From: an uncultured Gammaproteobacteria bacterium
Lineage (GTDB): Bacteria > Pseudomonadota > Gammaproteobacteria > JACCXJ01
Length of the DNA stretch: 64,000 nucleotides
Direction: 5' to 3'
NCBI GenBank assembly: GCA_963764725.1
Contig: CAVXTM010000011.1
Coordinates: 128,001 to 192,000 of the forward strand
A program made the translations under genes and the position numbers. The notes below the pieces were generated by a model, which ran no database searches, was not told the DNA's origin, and worked only from the letters and a program-made list of their open reading frames with translations. Each line of letters starts with the position of its first letter. The first letter of the stretch is position 1. Below are positions 21,580-32,516 of this stretch, piece by piece.

Positions 21580-21960
21580 TTACCGCCTCCCTGCGGTCTT
21601 GCCGGATTCGCGCGCACGCCGGAAGAAACAGGTACGAGCGGCGGCCCGCTCCGCTTCCTCTAACCGCGCCACGAGCGCCTCGCCTCTTTTTGAATCCCGA
21701 AACAGGCCTCCGCGCTCCCCCGGCATCGCGCGAAAGCCGCGAAAAGTGCTCGCCTCCACGTAATCATCGAAGCCAATAGCCGCGGCGATCGCATCGATTT
21801 CGCACGCACACGCATAGAGATTATCGATAGTCTGCCCTCCCTGCTCGGCCATGCAGGCAAGTACCCGATCGACCCGATCAAGCGTTGGATAGTCATTGGC
21901 CTGCGAGGCGGCCGACAAAGTCACACCGAAGATCAGGGCTAGGGTCAGATTTAAGGGCAC
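21580..21960 (-). CDS. Conserved secreted Cys-containing protein of xox/PQQ-ADH clusters
   Basis: Signal peptide, then NDYPT..R...C...CAC.ID..ERGGLFRD; start codon uncertain. Confidence 0.65.
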   Translation of the reverse strand: MPLNLTLALIFGVTLSAASQANDYPTLDRVDRVLACMAEQGGQTIDNLYACACEIDAIAAAIGFDDYVEASTFRGFRAMPGERGGLFRDSKRGEALVARLEEAERAAARTCFFRRARESGKTAGRR

Positions 21961-21968
21961 GTGTGATT

Positions 21969-22598
21969 CTAGGCTGGCGCGACGCCTTGCGCCACGAGAT
22001 AATCGATAATCCGTTGAACGCAACGCTCGACCGGTTCCGCCCCCGAGTTGATGTGTAGTTCCGGATTTTCAGGTTCCTCATAAGGCGCTGATATTCCGGT
22101 AAACTCTTTGATCTCCCCGGCCCGCGCGCGGCGATACAAGCCCTTGACGTCGCGCTGCTCGCAAACGTCGATCGCGCACTCGCAGTACACTTCGATAAAG
22201 TCCCCCGGCGCTACCAGCTTGCGCGCCCGATCCCGATCGGCGCGATACGGCGAGATGAAGGCCGTCATCGCAATTACCCCGGCATCCATGAAGAGCTTGA
22301 CCACCTCCCCGATGCGGCGGATGTTTTCGACCCGATCCTGCGGTGAAAAGCCTAAATCGCCGCACAATCCGTGGCGAATATTGTCCCCGTCACACACGTA
22401 GGTATTGCATCCCATCGCGAACAGGCGGTCCTCCAAGGCATGGGCAAGCGTCGATTTGCCGGACCCTGATAACCCAGTCAGCCAAATGATCGCGCCTTTA
22501 TGCCCATTGCGCTGCTCTCGCCGCAGCCGGCTAATGGTTGCCTCATGCCATACGGTATTGCTGCTTTTGCCGGCGATTACATCGGATGTGTCGTTCAT
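21969..22598 (-). CDS. cysC: Adenylyl-sulfate kinase
   Basis: WLTGLSGSGKST, DGDNIRHGL, AFISPY, FTGISAPYE. Confidence 0.95.
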   Translation of the reverse strand: MNDTSDVIAGKSSNTVWHEATISRLRREQRNGHKGAIIWLTGLSGSGKSTLAHALEDRLFAMGCNTYVCDGDNIRHGLCGDLGFSPQDRVENIRRIGEVVKLFMDAGVIAMTAFISPYRADRDRARKLVAPGDFIEVYCECAIDVCEQRDVKGLYRRARAGEIKEFTGISAPYEEPENPELHINSGAEPVERCVQRIIDYLVAQGVAPA

Positions 22599-22609
22599 GT
22601 GTCTTAATC

Positions 22610-22999
22610 CTAGTCGTATTTGATGTACTTGAAGCGCGGATCCTCCGGCGTTCCCTCAAGCGCACTACCTTCCTCCTTGCCGGGCTGCCACATCACCACT
22701 TGTTCGATTTTTCTAGCGAGATCAAAATCTTTATTGGTGATGCCCTTGGCCGCGTGGTTCATGAGCTTTACGATAACGAAGGCGTAGGACACGGTGAGAT
22801 CGGGGTGATGAAAAGCCGCTTCCGCCAGGTGCCCCACGGTGTTGACCACCATCAGTGTGCCTTTCCAGCCGGACGTCTTATATTTGCGCCTGATCCAACC
22901 CTCTTCCAGATACCAATGCGGGAGCTCCTCCTTGAGCCTCGCTTCGACTTCCTCATCCGTATAAGTTTCTTCGTGTTGCCTAATTCGCCAGCCCATCAT
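22610..22999 (-). CDS. Pterin-4a-carbinolamine dehydratase of H4MPT clusters
   Basis: GHLAEAAFHHPDL motif. Confidence 0.88.
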   Translation of the reverse strand: MMGWRIRQHEETYTDEEVEARLKEELPHWYLEEGWIRRKYKTSGWKGTLMVVNTVGHLAEAAFHHPDLTVSYAFVIVKLMNHAAKGITNKDFDLARKIEQVVMWQPGKEEGSALEGTPEDPRFKYIKYD

Positions 23000-23723
23000 A
23001 GGCCTCCTCGCGTCTAAAAATAGGTTTCGGTATCTTAACCCTATAAGCGGAGATGCGCATGCGAATATGTTTCACACTCTGCGGATCGAGCGCGCCGGTG
23101 CGCCGGTGCTGGCCGCACAACACTCCCCGGAATCCGAGATAATCCGGGCCGAGAGCCATCAGCGGCTCAATATCGTAAGTTTGCAGCGATCCCGCGAGTC
23201 CCGCAAACAGCCCGAGCCGCCGGCACTCTTGAACGAAGGCCGCAAGCTCAGCTTCGTCAAGGTAGGCGCGCAGACCCCGGCCGCGCTTCTCGGCCGTATC
23301 GACCATAGCGCCCACTAGCCCGTGATCGGCAAAGGCACGCAGGGCCGCAACCGGACTGCTTTCACGGTCGGCGAACAGCACCCCAACCACTCGCGCCCCC
23401 TGCTTTACTTCCTTTTCAATAGCAGCGAGCACGGCGGCCCGGCGATCGCACTCAAAAAACCCGACCTTGACGAAAGCGACGCCGGTGGCAGCAGTTTCCA
23501 CCACGGCGCGACGCACCCGCTTGGGAATCGCCGGAAGATCGCCTGTTGCGGCGCTCACCGGCCGTCGCGCCTGGACCCACGCGACGACCTCACGCATGGT
23601 CGCAAACGACACGGCGCCAAGGGCGCCTCGCGCAGGCGCCTTGAGATCGATGATATCCGCGCCTTCCTGAAACGCGGTCCTGGCCTCGGCGATCGATTGG
23701 ACGCTTGCCAGAAACCCGGTCAT
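22980..23723 (-). CDS. (5-formylfuran-3-yl)methyl phosphate synthase (MfnB/Orf22, DUF556)
   Basis: FLASV..EA..GADIIDLK.P..GALGA, MVDTAEK, GLAGSL, DYLGFRG. Confidence 0.88.
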   Translation of the reverse strand: MTGFLASVQSIAEARTAFQEGADIIDLKAPARGALGAVSFATMREVVAWVQARRPVSAATGDLPAIPKRVRRAVVETAATGVAFVKVGFFECDRRAAVLAAIEKEVKQGARVVGVLFADRESSPVAALRAFADHGLVGAMVDTAEKRGRGLRAYLDEAELAAFVQECRRLGLFAGLAGSLQTYDIEPLMALGPDYLGFRGVLCGQHRRTGALDPQSVKHIRMRISAYRVKIPKPIFRREEAYDGLAN

Positions 23724-24292
23724 GCGACATCGCCTAAGCGGTCGCGACGAAAGGCCTGCACGCGCTCCATCAACCATGCCCAGGCCTCGCGCTCGCGCTC
23801 CCCCGCGGTTTTGTCAATCGCGGTGCGCAGGTAATCAATGTCGGCATCGACCTTGGCCACGGGCAGGCGGGATAAACGGCTGACCAGGATCGCCGCTTCG
23901 ATCACGGCTCCCTGAGCGCGATTGAAGCCTTGGAAAGCCCGATGCGCCTGTTCGTGCACGACCTCGCAGACAAACCTTGGCCGCAGCTCATCCGGCTCCA
24001 CTCGTAGTGCTCGGACCTCGATATGCGCCAGGGTATCCGTCAACCGGCATCCCTGAATCGAAGCGACCGGCGCCGTCGGCCACGAGCGCCGGCCGGTTAA
24101 ACACCCGGCGATGATGGCGACATTGTCAGTCAGATTGAGCACCGCCTCGCCGCGACGCTCCAGATTGGACAACGTCCGGCATGGGCGGAACGGCGCGATG
24201 ATGACTCGCGGCCCCTCATAGTGAAATCCCATCGGCGCGATATGCGGGCTCGCGTCTTCGTTCAAGGTCGTGATCACAGCTTCAAAAATCAT
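23720..24292 (-). CDS. DUF447 H4MPT-synthesis protein (Orf19)
   Basis: MIFEAVITT..HIAPMG, FNRAQGAVIEAAILVSRL. Confidence 0.88.
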   Translation of the reverse strand: MIFEAVITTLNEDASPHIAPMGFHYEGPRVIIAPFRPCRTLSNLERRGEAVLNLTDNVAIIAGCLTGRRSWPTAPVASIQGCRLTDTLAHIEVRALRVEPDELRPRFVCEVVHEQAHRAFQGFNRAQGAVIEAAILVSRLSRLPVAKVDADIDYLRTAIDKTAGEREREAWAWLMERVQAFRRDRLGDVA

Positions 24293-24301
24293 CCTATGTG
24301 C

Positions 24302-25705
24302 CTACTTTTTGGCTTTCGCCCGCGTGCTTCCGGACGGTTTGTAGGCGTGCAGTGCGTTGGGATCGCGCTGCACTTGGTCCCGCGCCGCGCATCCCCACTG
24401 GAGCGGTTCGTCCTGCATGTAACGTTTTCCCAGTTGCCAAGCCAGTTGTGCGCGCGCCAGCTCGATCCCCATGTAAAAAGCATGCGGCGCATCGCTCGCC
24501 AATTCTTTCAGATGCGGAAATAGATCAAAAGGGTCGCGCGCCGTGACCATCCCGTCACGATTGTACACATGAATGCCCACTTCCGAGACCTGGACGCGAT
24601 AACTGGGATCGCGGATCTCCTTCGCAGTCTCGGCGATCTCGCTCTCGGTATACGGAAACGGCTTGCGATCGTGGATGGTGAGCAGCGAGCCGTTATAACC
24701 TCTAGGTAGGCTTGCGTCCTCGCGGGCGGCAAACATGATCCGGCGCCCGACGTCGAGTTCCCGGACCACCGATCGCGCGTGCGCGCTGACCTGGGTCGTC
24801 AATAGGTTATCGATCCGCAATTCGGACAGGATCCCCAGCATGAAGGCATTAAGGCCGGTGGTATCGGCGTCGGTAAGCTCGGAGAGATTACCGGTCCCCA
24901 TCATGATCTCGATGCCGGGATAGCGTTGTCTTAATTGGCTATAGCGTACCACGGATTCCGTCAAGCCGAAGTGTACGGGATCGAGAACACTGTCGGCGAG
25001 AAACGGTTGGCCGCGTGCGAGCATGACATCGATGGCCCGGAAGAGTGAATCCAGATCTCCCGCGCGTTCCGGAATCAACACCGGCACGGCGTCAACATCA
25101 CCGGCAAGATCGACGGTGCTTTCCTTTAGGCTCAGTAGATAGTGGGCGCCTGATCTCGCTCCACGCAGAAGATCATCGGTCTCCAGGGAATCGACACTGA
25201 TTTGATAACCGCGCTCGCGCAGCGCCGCGATCGACGCTTCGAGATGCGGGAAAGGCACCGCCGGCAAACAACCGAGATCGATGACATCGGCGCCATCTCT
25301 CACGTAGGCATCGGCTTGTTTGATGATCGCCTCGATCTCCATGCGGGGCGCCTCGACGATTTCCGCGAATATCCGGATCGTGTAGCGATCGAGCGGCCGG
25401 GCCTTGGCGCCTTGACCGAAAAAGGCAGGCAGGTCTTTCATCTCGTCGGGTCCCCGCAGTATCGGGATCCCGAAGCGGCGCGAGCATTGATCGAGATCCC
25501 CCGCACACAAGCCGGGCACGATGATGCGGTCGATTCCATCCACGTCCTGTAAGCGGCGATTGATCATCTCGGCGCTCATCAAGGCTGCCACGTTCACCCC
25601 GATGTTTAACACCCGGTAGGTAAAATCCACCGGTTGCATTGCCTGCAGGATACGTTCGAGACCCCGTTCGGCTAGTTTCCCCGTCAAGAATAGGATCTGC
25701 TCCAC
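24302..25705 (-). CDS. Dihydropteroate-synthase-like H4MPT protein (Orf20, DUF6513)
   Basis: ILFLTGKLAE, GADVIDLGCLP, NLSELTDADT, HAFYMGIELARA. Confidence 0.88.
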   Translation of the reverse strand: MEQILFLTGKLAERGLERILQAMQPVDFTYRVLNIGVNVAALMSAEMINRRLQDVDGIDRIIVPGLCAGDLDQCSRRFGIPILRGPDEMKDLPAFFGQGAKARPLDRYTIRIFAEIVEAPRMEIEAIIKQADAYVRDGADVIDLGCLPAVPFPHLEASIAALRERGYQISVDSLETDDLLRGARSGAHYLLSLKESTVDLAGDVDAVPVLIPERAGDLDSLFRAIDVMLARGQPFLADSVLDPVHFGLTESVVRYSQLRQRYPGIEIMMGTGNLSELTDADTTGLNAFMLGILSELRIDNLLTTQVSAHARSVVRELDVGRRIMFAAREDASLPRGYNGSLLTIHDRKPFPYTESEIAETAKEIRDPSYRVQVSEVGIHVYNRDGMVTARDPFDLFPHLKELASDAPHAFYMGIELARAQLAWQLGKRYMQDEPLQWGCAARDQVQRDPNALHAYKPSGSTRAKAKK

Positions 25706-26008
25706 GCCGTTCCAATCGCATTTGGATTTCAGTCCCACATCATACGCGCTCTATGGGGCGTGGGGAGAAAAGCCTGATCGCCGCGAGGTCCTTCGCTTGC
25801 GACCGTCGGGCGTGCCTCGCTTGGTGCGTACAGCGATTCGACGCCCCACCTATGTGCGCGTCCGCCGTTCGTGGTCGCTGTGAAACGACCTTTCGTTCAG
25901 TGAGTTACCGCTGCACCGCGGGTTGGTATGGCGTTTGTGATGGTCCTACGATCTTCCAAGGTTCGGAAGCGGCGGGTGGGTCGCTTCTGGGCACGGTCGC
26001 GGAGGTAG

Positions 26009-29000
26009 ATGCAGGCCACCGATTACCCGCGTACCCGCCCCGATCTACCGGACCATGAGCCGCGCGGTTGCCAGCGCGGTGCCAGCTATTCCTGGTATTT
26101 ATACAGCCCGCACCGGGTCAAGCACCCACTCATCCGGAGCCGCCTCCTCGACCTCTATCGCGCCGAACGCGGACGGGGTCTGGACCCCGTCGAAGCCTGG
26201 ACGGCGATCCAGGAGGACTCCGAGAAACGCCGCCGGTACACCGCGGTGCGGGGCCTGGGAGGTTTCGTGCGCAGCGACTGGCAGGAGGTGACCGAGATTA
26301 TCGCCGCGGCCAATGTCTACACCATACAAAAATATGGGCCGGACCGGGTGATCGGCTTCTCGCCGATCCCGGCCATGTCCATGATCAGCTACGCAGCCGG
26401 GACCCGCTACCTCGGCCTTATCGGCGGGGTACCGCTGTCCTTCTATGACTGGTACGCCGATCTACCGCCCTCCTCGCCTCAGACCTGGGGCGAGCAGACC
26501 GACGTCCCCGAGTCCGCGGACTGGTACAACGCGGGCTATATCATCGTGTGCGGGGCCAACCTCCCGATGACGCGCACCCCCGACGCTCATTTCTACGCCG
26601 AGGTGCGCTACAAGGGCACCAAGGTGGTGGCGGTCGCGCCCGACTACGCCGAATACGTCAAGTTCGCCGATCTCTGGATGCCGGTGAAACAAGGCACAGA
26701 TGCAGCCCTGTTCCTGGCCATGGGCCATGTCGTGCTCAAGGAATTCTTCTTGGAGCGTAAGGAAAGCTATTTCCTCGAGTACGCCCGCGCCTACACCGAT
26801 CTCCCCATGCTGGTGCGTCTGCGGCCCCACGGCGAGGGTTACACCTTTGATCGGCTGCTGCGCGCCTCGGACTTCGACGACAGTCTCGGCGAGGTCAACA
26901 ACGCCGAGTGGAAGTGTGTGGTCTGCGATGAGGAGAGCGGCAACTACACCGTGCCGAACGGCTCCATCGGATTCCGCTGGGGCGAGGAAGGACGCTGGAA
27001 CCTCAAGCTCAAGAACGGTGACACCGGCCCGGGCACTCGCCCGCGTTTGAGTTTCGTGGATGGCGCCGACGAGACGGTATCCGTAGCCTTTCCGCGTTTC
27101 GAGCAATCGTCGAATCCCCTCCTTTATCGGCGCGTGCCGGTCCGCAGGCTCCAGCTCAGCGGTGAAGAGGTGCTCGTCGCCACGGTCTTCGATCTCCAGC
27201 TTGCCCAGTACGGCGTGGATCAGGGCCTCGGCGGCGCGCACGTGGCTGCGAGCTACGGCGACGCCCAAATACCGTACACGCCCGCCTGGGCCGAAGGGAT
27301 CACCGGCGTCAAGCGCGCCGATATCATCCGCACCGCGCGCGAGTTCGCCGACAACGCCGCCAAGACACTCGGCAAGTCTATGGTGATCCTCGGGGCCGGG
27401 ATCAACCACTGGTACCACGCCGACATGACCTATCGCTCCATCATGAACCTGTTGCACCTCTGCGGCTGCGTGGGGCAAAGCGGCGGGGGCTGGTCCCATT
27501 ACGTGGGCCAGGAGAAGCTGCGCCCACAGGCCGGCTGGGCACCCATTGCCTTCGCGCTCGACTGGCACCGGCCGGCGCGGCAGATGAACGGCACTAGCTT
27601 CTGGTACTTCCACACCGATCAATGGCGCTACGAGCGGCTCGCGGCCGACGGTCTGCTAGCGGGGACGGCCAAGGGCAAGTACCGCGGCCACACGCTCGCC
27701 GATTACAACGTGGTCTCCCAGCGGCTCGGCTGGCTGCCCTCCGCGCCCCATTTCAATCGCAATCCGCTCGATATTTGTACAGAGGCGTTATCCGGCGGGC
27801 GCGCAGAACGAGCAGGAGATCGTCGATCATCTCGTTGGCCGGCTCAAGAGCGGCGAGATCCACTTCGCCGCCGAGGACATCGATGCCTCGGAGAATTTTC
27901 CCCGCAACCTTTTCGTCTGGCGCGCCAATCTCCTCGGCACCAGCGCCAAGGGTCACGAGTATTTCCTGAAACATCTCCTCGGAGCCCAGAACGGGGTCAT
28001 GCAGTCTGTGACCGACGAGGCCAAAGGTAGGGAAATCAAGTGGCGCTGCGAGGCGCCCGTCGGCAAGCTGGATCTCCTGGTCGATATCAACTTCCGGCTC
28101 AACTCCACCGGGGCCTACTCCGACATCGTGCTCCCGACCGCTACCTGGTACGAGAAGAACGACCTCAACACCACCGACATGCACCCCTTTATCCACCCTC
28201 TGACGGAGGCGGTGAATCCGGGTTGGGAGTCGCGCTCCGACTGGCAGATCTTCCGGGGCATTGCCAAGGCATTTGCCGAACTCGCCGGAAATCATCTAGG
28301 CACACGCAAGGACCTCGTCTCCATCCCGCTCATGCACGACTCTGCCCGCAGAGCTCGGGCAGCCGCTCGGGGTGCGCGACTGGAAGCGGGGCGAGTGCGA
28401 GCCCGTGCCCGGCAAGACCTTGCCGATCTTCAAGGTCGTCGAGCGCGACTTCGGGGCGACCTACAAGAAGTTCTGCGCCCTCGGCCCGCTCATGGTCACC
28501 CAGGGGAACGCCGTGAAGGGGCTCGCCTGGAACACCGAGGAGGAATACGAGCGCCTCAAGATCCAAAACGGCATCATCACCGAGCCGGGGATCAGCGAGG
28601 GCATGCCATCCCTTGCGGCCGACATACATGTCTGCGACGCGATCCTGATGCTCGCGCCCGAGACCAACGGCGAAGTGGCGCACAAGGGCTGGGAGGCCCT
28701 GAGCAAGAAGACCGGTACGGACCATACGCATCTCTCGAACGCGCGCCGCGAGGATAAAATGAGCTTCAAGGATCTGGTGGTGCAGCCGCGCAAGATCATC
28801 ACCGCGCCCACCTGGAGCGGGGTCGAATCGGAAAAGGTCAGCTACAACGCGGGCTACACCAACATCCACGAACGCATCCCCTTCCGCACCCTGACCGGCC
28901 GGGCACACTTCTACCAGGACCACGAGTGGATGCTGGATTTCGGCGAGGGCTTTTGCACCTTCCGCGCGCCGGCGGATTTGCGGGCGACCGATGGCGTTGC

Positions 29001-29646
29001 CGAGCGGATCGACGGCAAACCCCACCTGGCGCTCAACTGGATCACGCCCCACAGCAAGTGGGGGATCCACTCGACCTTCAACGACAACCTGCGCATGCTG
29101 ACCTTGTTCCGGGGCGGCCCGGTGGTGTGGGTCTCGGAGACGGACGCGAAATCCATCGGACTTAAGGACAACGACTGGGTCGAGGCCTTGAACGTCAACG
29201 GCGCCACGGTGGCGCGCGTGGTGCTGAGCCAGCGGATCCCGCAAGGCATGGCCATGATGTATCACGCCCAGGAGAAGATCGTGAACGTGCCAGGCTCGAA
29301 TACCACCGGCAAGCGCGGCGGCATACTGAACAGCGTCACGCGCGTCGTCGTCAAACCCACCCACATGATCGGCGGCTACGCGCAGTTGAGCTACGGCTTT
29401 AACTATTATGGCACCGTCGGCACCCAGCGGGATGAATACGTGGTGCTGCACAAGATCGAGGACGGCGCGATCGACTGGCTGGAGCGCCCGCTTACCCCGG
29501 CGCGCGAGGCACAGTTGAACCCGCCGGGGATTGGCGAGATAGACCTGCCCCAACCCTTGCCCCTCGCGGCACGCGAACGCGGCGAGGTGAGCAAAACCAT
29601 GACTGGGGTTATGGCTTCCGGAACTATAGCAGAAGAGATCGCTTAA
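26009..29646 (+). pseudogene. narG: Respiratory nitrate reductase alpha subunit; 5'-truncated, frameshifts at ~27793 and ~28346
   Basis: TDYPRTRPDLPDHEPRGCQRG, FYDWYADLP, HYVGQEKLRP, TPHSKWGIHST. No N-terminal HGVNCTGSC region; an in-frame TAG precedes the ATG. Confidence 0.88.
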
Positions 29647-29647
29647 A

Positions 29648-31210
29648 ATGAAAGTCCGCGCCAATTTCGCCATGGTTATGAATCTGGACAAGTGCATCGG
29701 CTGCCACACCTGTTCGGTGACCTGCAAGAACGTCTGGACCAACCGCAAGGGCATGGAGTACGTTTGGTTCAACAACGTCGAATCCAAACCCGGTATCGGT
29801 TACCCGAAGAACTGGGAGGACCAGGCCAAATGGAACGGCGGCTGGGTGGTGAAGGACGGCCAGCTCGAGCTCAAGTCGGGCGGCCGCGCCAGGCGGCTCA
29901 TGAATTTGTTCATGAATCCCGATCTGCCGGAGATCGACGACTACTACGAGCCCTTCACCTACGACTACGCCCATCTGCAGACGAGCCCGCTCGCCGAGGC
30001 CGCGCCCACCGCCCGGCCGCGCTCGCAGATCGACGGCCGCCCGATGGCGAAAATCGAGGGGGGGCCGAACTGGGAGGATGATCTGGCGGGCGCGTTCGAG
30101 AATCGGGCCCGGGACCGAAACTTCGAGGGCATCGAGAAGGAGATCTACGCCGAGTTCGAGCAGTCCTTCCTGATGTATTTGCCGCGGATCTGCAATCATT
30201 GCTTGAACCCTTCCTGCGTCGCAGCCTGCCCCTCGGGCTCTATGTACAAGCGAGAGGAAGACGGCATCGTGCTGGTCGATCAGAACAAGTGCCGAAGCTG
30301 GCGCATGTGCGTCTCGAGTTGTCCCTACAAGAAGGTGTTCTACAACTGGGAGTCCGGCAAGGCCGAGAAGTGCACCGCCTGTTACCCGCGCTGGGAGTCG
30401 GGGTTGCCGACCGTGTGCTCCGAGTCCTGTGTGGGACGCATCCGCTTCAACGGCATCATCCTCTACGACGCCGATCGCATCAGTGAGACGGCCGCGGTCG
30501 AGAACGAGCAAGACCTGTACGAGGCGCAGATGTCCATCTTTCTCGATCCCAATGATCCGGCGGTGGTTGTGCAGGCTAGCCTGGACGGGATCCCGGATTC
30601 CTGGATCGAGGCGGCGCAGAAATCACCCATCTACAAGCTCGTCATCGAATGGCAGGTCGCCTTCCCGATCCATCCCGAGTTCCGCACCCTGCCGATGGTC
30701 TGGTACGTCCCGCCGCTCTCCCCGGTGCAGGCGAGTATTGATCAGGGCGCGATCCCGACCGATCCGGAGCATGTGATCCCCAACGTCGAGATGCTGCGGA
30801 TGCCGATCAAGTACCTCGCGAACCTGCTCACCGCCGGGGATGAAGCCCCGATCGTGCGCGGATTGAAGCGCATGATCGCCATGCGCCAGTACTATCGATC
30901 GGTAGAGGTAGAAGGCAAACCGGACCTCAGAGTCCTCGAAGAAGTGGGTTTAACCGAGGTGCAGGTGAAGGAGATGTACCGCTACATGGCGCTCTCGAAG
31001 TACGAAGACCGTTACGTCATCCCGACCAGCCACGAGGAGCTGCGCCACGAGGACTCCCATGCCTTCCAGGGGCAAATGGGCTACACCTTCGGCAATGACA
31101 GTTGCTCGGTGGCGGGCAGACGAGTCGAGGTCAAGGTCATGCAATTCATTCCCAGGCCCAGGCCGGCGGCGCTGCGGAGAGGCTTGACCGAAAAGACCGG
31201 AAGCGAGTGA
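29648..31210 (+). CDS. narH: Nitrate reductase beta subunit
   Basis: LDKCIGCHTCSVTCK and further Fe-S motifs. Confidence 0.96.
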   Translation: MKVRANFAMVMNLDKCIGCHTCSVTCKNVWTNRKGMEYVWFNNVESKPGIGYPKNWEDQAKWNGGWVVKDGQLELKSGGRARRLMNLFMNPDLPEIDDYYEPFTYDYAHLQTSPLAEAAPTARPRSQIDGRPMAKIEGGPNWEDDLAGAFENRARDRNFEGIEKEIYAEFEQSFLMYLPRICNHCLNPSCVAACPSGSMYKREEDGIVLVDQNKCRSWRMCVSSCPYKKVFYNWESGKAEKCTACYPRWESGLPTVCSESCVGRIRFNGIILYDADRISETAAVENEQDLYEAQMSIFLDPNDPAVVVQASLDGIPDSWIEAAQKSPIYKLVIEWQVAFPIHPEFRTLPMVWYVPPLSPVQASIDQGAIPTDPEHVIPNVEMLRMPIKYLANLLTAGDEAPIVRGLKRMIAMRQYYRSVEVEGKPDLRVLEEVGLTEVQVKEMYRYMALSKYEDRYVIPTSHEELRHEDSHAFQGQMGYTFGNDSCSVAGRRVEVKVMQFIPRPRPAALRRGLTEKTGSE

Positions 31211-31785
31211 TGTGGATCTACAAGCTACTCTCCGTGCTTTTGGAGTATCCGAGCGCCGAGCTTCGGCAACACCTGGCGGAAATCGAGCAGATGATCGGCG
31301 GCTTGGAAGCCGCCACGCCCGAGGACCAGCAGGCATTGTTGGATTTTATCGTCTGGGCGCAGGCTCTGCCTTTCACTGAGCTTCAGGAGCACTACGTCAA
31401 GACCTTTGATCTCACGCCCGACAACGCGCTGTATTTGACCCATCATCTCTTCGAGGAGCAAGACCGGGCGCGCGGCCCGGCGCTCGTCAAACTCAGCGAA
31501 TACTTCCAGGCTCAGGGTTACGCCATCGAGCACGGCGAGCTCCCTGATTATCTGCCGCTCCTGCTCGAATACGTCTCGACCTTGCCGGATGAACAAAACG
31601 CACGAAAGTTCTTGCACCAAGCCGTCGAGGTTGCGGCCTTACTCGCGCGGAATCTGGAGAACATGGAAAGTCCTTACGCGCTGTTGCTACGCATCGTCGA
31701 GCGGCAGGGCCAACTCGCGGAAGCGGTGGCCCATGAAGCGCCTCGCGGAGATCGAGATCAAGCGCAGGCGGCGGTGAATCAATAG
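31210..31785 (+). CDS. narJ: Nitrate reductase assembly chaperone
   Basis: LLEYP, YVKTFD, ELPDYLPLLLEY; TGATG overlap with narH. Confidence 0.92.
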   Translation: MWIYKLLSVLLEYPSAELRQHLAEIEQMIGGLEAATPEDQQALLDFIVWAQALPFTELQEHYVKTFDLTPDNALYLTHHLFEEQDRARGPALVKLSEYFQAQGYAIEHGELPDYLPLLLEYVSTLPDEQNARKFLHQAVEVAALLARNLENMESPYALLLRIVERQGQLAEAVAHEAPRGDRDQAQAAVNQ

Positions 31786-31806
31786 CTATTGCGGTATTTT
31801 CGGCTC

Positions 31807-32505
31807 ATGTATCTGCACCAATTCTTCTACGGAGTTTACCCCTACATCGCGTTGAGCGTCTTTTTCCTGGGCAGCCTCATCCGCTTCGACCGCGAGCAAT
31901 ACACGTGGAAGGCCGATTCCAGCCAGTTGCTGGCGCGTGAGGAGTTACGCTTGGGCAGTAACCTCTTCCACATCGGCATCCTGGCCCTCTTAGCCGGCCA
32001 CTTCGTGGGGCTCCTGACCCCCCATTCGGTCTGGTTGGCGCTCGGCGTCTCGGACCTCGCGCACCAGTCCCTCGCCATCGGCGCCGGGACGCTGTTCGGG
32101 GTCCTCTGCATGCTCGGGGGGGTGATCCTGTGGCGGCGGCGCATGTTCAATCCAAGAGTGCGCGCCACCTCGCGCTTCATGGACATCTTCATCCTCGACT
32201 GGCTGCTGGTGACCCTCGGCCTAGGCCTCGCGACCATCCCTTGGTCACTCCACCATGCGCTCAAAGGCGATGCCACGGCGATGGTGTTGCTGGCCGAATG
32301 GGCTCAGGGCATCGTCACCTTCCGGCCTAATCCGGTGCTGCTCTCCGGCGTGAGCCTCATCTACAAGGTGCATCTGTTCTTCGGCATGACGGTCTTCCTG
32401 CTCTTCCCCTTCACCCGGCTGGTCCACGCCTGGAGCCTCCCCTTGACCTATCTATTCCGGCCCTATCAGATCGTCCGCACCAAGTTTGTCCGCTACCACC
32501 GCTGA
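31807..32505 (+). CDS. narI: Nitrate reductase gamma subunit (cytochrome b)
   Basis: YPYIA, QYTWKADSSQ, FHIG..GH, FPFTRLVH. Confidence 0.95.
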   Translation: MYLHQFFYGVYPYIALSVFFLGSLIRFDREQYTWKADSSQLLAREELRLGSNLFHIGILALLAGHFVGLLTPHSVWLALGVSDLAHQSLAIGAGTLFGVLCMLGGVILWRRRMFNPRVRATSRFMDIFILDWLLVTLGLGLATIPWSLHHALKGDATAMVLLAEWAQGIVTFRPNPVLLSGVSLIYKVHLFFGMTVFLLFPFTRLVHAWSLPLTYLFRPYQIVRTKFVRYHR

Positions 32506-32516
32506 GGCTCAGATAA

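Noticed and set aside
26009-29646. Nitrite oxidoreductase NxrA
   Set aside because: Motifs and the narHJI context fit canonical NarG.
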